64,000 nucleotides of DNA from NCBI GenBank assembly GCA_038087875.1, contig CM075998.1:2544001-2608000 (forward strand), given 5' to 3'. This DNA is from Malacoraja senta. Taxonomy: Eukaryota. The translations under genes and the position numbers were made by a program. Under the pieces are notes generated by a model. It worked only from the letters and a program-made list of their open reading frames with translations, was not told the origin of the DNA and searched no databases. Of this stretch, positions 63,401-64,000 are shown piece by piece (within the stretch, counting starts at the first letter, position 1; every line of letters starts with the position of its first letter).

Positions 63401-63656
63401 CTCCGGGCACTTCCTGTCGGGGGAGCTGGCCCGCTAGACCACGGTGTCCTGGTGATCTCCGGCGGCAGTTGAAAGTCGCTTCTGGGGCTCGTTACGCAGA
63501 GACGGTCGAGCTCTAATAGCTCCTGACGGCCGTATAGAGTCTTCGCTCGGGTGCTCCGGGCGAAAACTAAGGTAATTATTAACAGAAAAATAACTAAATT
63601 ACAAAAACTACGGAGACGCAGAGCCTCGCGTTGTGCACGCGACGCCATCTCTCTCT
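60490..63656 (-). mobile_element. Apparently full-length Rex1/Babar-type non-LTR retrotransposon, antisense in a CCDC65 intron
   Basis: Single intact ORF plus a short 3' UTR ending in (TTGAA)n (attca repeats at about 60490-60520). CpG-rich and undecayed. No clear TSD seen. Confidence 0.9.
60682..63648 (-). CDS. APE endonuclease-reverse transcriptase polyprotein (988 aa) of the Rex1-type LINE
   Basis: APE motifs FLANVRSL, VFTETWL, AGDFNH and SDHL. RT motifs DFSSAFNT, GVPQGCVLSP, KFADD and YKFLG. Rex1-type C-terminus KAQQRLYFLRRLKK...FYRCTIESILT. Confidence 0.95.
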   Translation of the reverse strand: MASRAQREALRLRSFCNLVIFLLIITLVFARSTRAKTLYGRQELLELDRLCVTSPRSDFQLPPEITRTPWSSGPAPPTGSARRRRRDRKQRRGKWGGHLARLKLNPHQPALPSIFLANVRSLVSKIDELRLRITTHRRIADCNAMVFTETWLNGNIPDNAIELERRTVFRADRTAEDSGKTKGGGLCIYVNNTWCTDVVRIGSHCSADLEYLMLKCRPFYLPREFTSTVITAVYVPPDANARLAMEELQAAISKHLSAHPEGAFIVAGDFNHSDLKTVLPRFHQHVSCPTRGNNILDLVYTNITEAYKALPLPHLGQSDHLSLFLLPKYTPLIRRVKPTTRTVKVWPEGAVSVLQQQFQQTDWSLFATQSTFNSQVDINSYTSTVMDYIKFCTDNVTTHKEIKTFPNQKPWMSREVRLLLKARDAAFRSGDAEGYSSSRANLKMGIRNAKLYHKRRIEEHFQNNSDPRRMWQGIKSLADYQKVNTPPPDNATLPDELNHFYARFDRDNKTPAIKVAPPPNEQPLSLSTSAVQDALSKVNERKAAGPDGIPGRVLRACAGQLSPVFTDIFNLSLAQGVVPTCLKTSTIVPVPKQSATGSLNDFRPVALTPVIAKCFERLILAHLKASLPPTLDPHQFAYRANRSTEDAISAALQSALTHLDNNNSYIRLLFIDFSSAFNTVIPASLITKLSGLGISTSLCNWTLDFLTNRPQSVRVNNLTSSTITLNTGVPQGCVLSPLLYSLFTHDCIPKYGSNAIIKFADDTTVVGLISDNDESAYREEVQHLTTWCANNNLVLNSKKTKEIIVDFRKVRGGRHTPIHINGTEVERVSSYKFLGVHISEDLSWSLNTSKLIKKAQQRLYFLRRLKKAHLSPQILTNFYRCTIESILTTCITVWYSSCTVADRKALQRVVKTAQHIIGAPLPAMDALHRKRCLKRAGKIIKDPSHPNHGLFALLPSGRRYRSLRSRTSRMRNSFYNYTVALLNSESRR

Positions 63657-64000
63657 GATGTCAATTATAGTGGATGGAAAACTGTTGAGGCAAGTACTTG
63701 AAACTTCATCCTAAGTACTTATAGTAACAACAGTTGGGAGAATGGATGTAGGGAATTTTGCCACAGCTTTCTACTTCAAACACTGTTTGCAAGCCCCACA
63801 CAACTGTATTCTTCCTTACTTCTGTCTTTCCACCTGTCTGTTTCCCTACAACCTACAGCATTTAAAACTTGCTGTTACTGTTTCTTCATAAGTTCATAAT
63901 TTAAGAAGAGATAGGAGCAGAATTAGGCCATTCGGCCCATCAAGTCTACACCGCCATTCAATCATAGCTGATCTATCTCTTCCTCCTAACCACATTCTCC

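Overview
Vertebrate genomic DNA. The repeat content (HE1/V-SINE-type tRNA SINEs, CR1-type tails, Penelope-derived palindromes) points to a cartilaginous fish, probably a skate or ray; this is inference. Four spliced host genes were reconstructed by hand. (1) A PLEKHA3/FAPP1-like PH-domain gene (+, exons 2-8, 2103-11167, long 3' UTR to about 15970). (2) TARBP2 (+, 18726-32877, CpG-island promoter, one GC-AG intron). (3) NPFF precursor (-, 41456-45760). (4) The 5' part of CCDC65/DRC2 (+, 51808 to beyond 60099, RFX X-box promoter). Introns are dense in retroelements, including an intact 988-aa Rex1/Babar-type LINE (60682-63648). The two most interesting signals are these. First, the FAPP-family gene lies in TARBP2-NPFF-CCDC65 (HoxC-paralogon) synteny and may be a third FAPP ohnolog absent from mammals. 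Second, a very abundant family of short, often fold-back, Penelope-derived insertions has 12-16 bp target-site duplications and carries a minimal hammerhead-ribozyme core (CUGAnGA-stem II-GAAA-CGUC). Several apparent +1 homopolymer frameshifts in the first 27 kb are most likely assembly errors. All family assignments come from recalled motifs and sequences, not from database searches.
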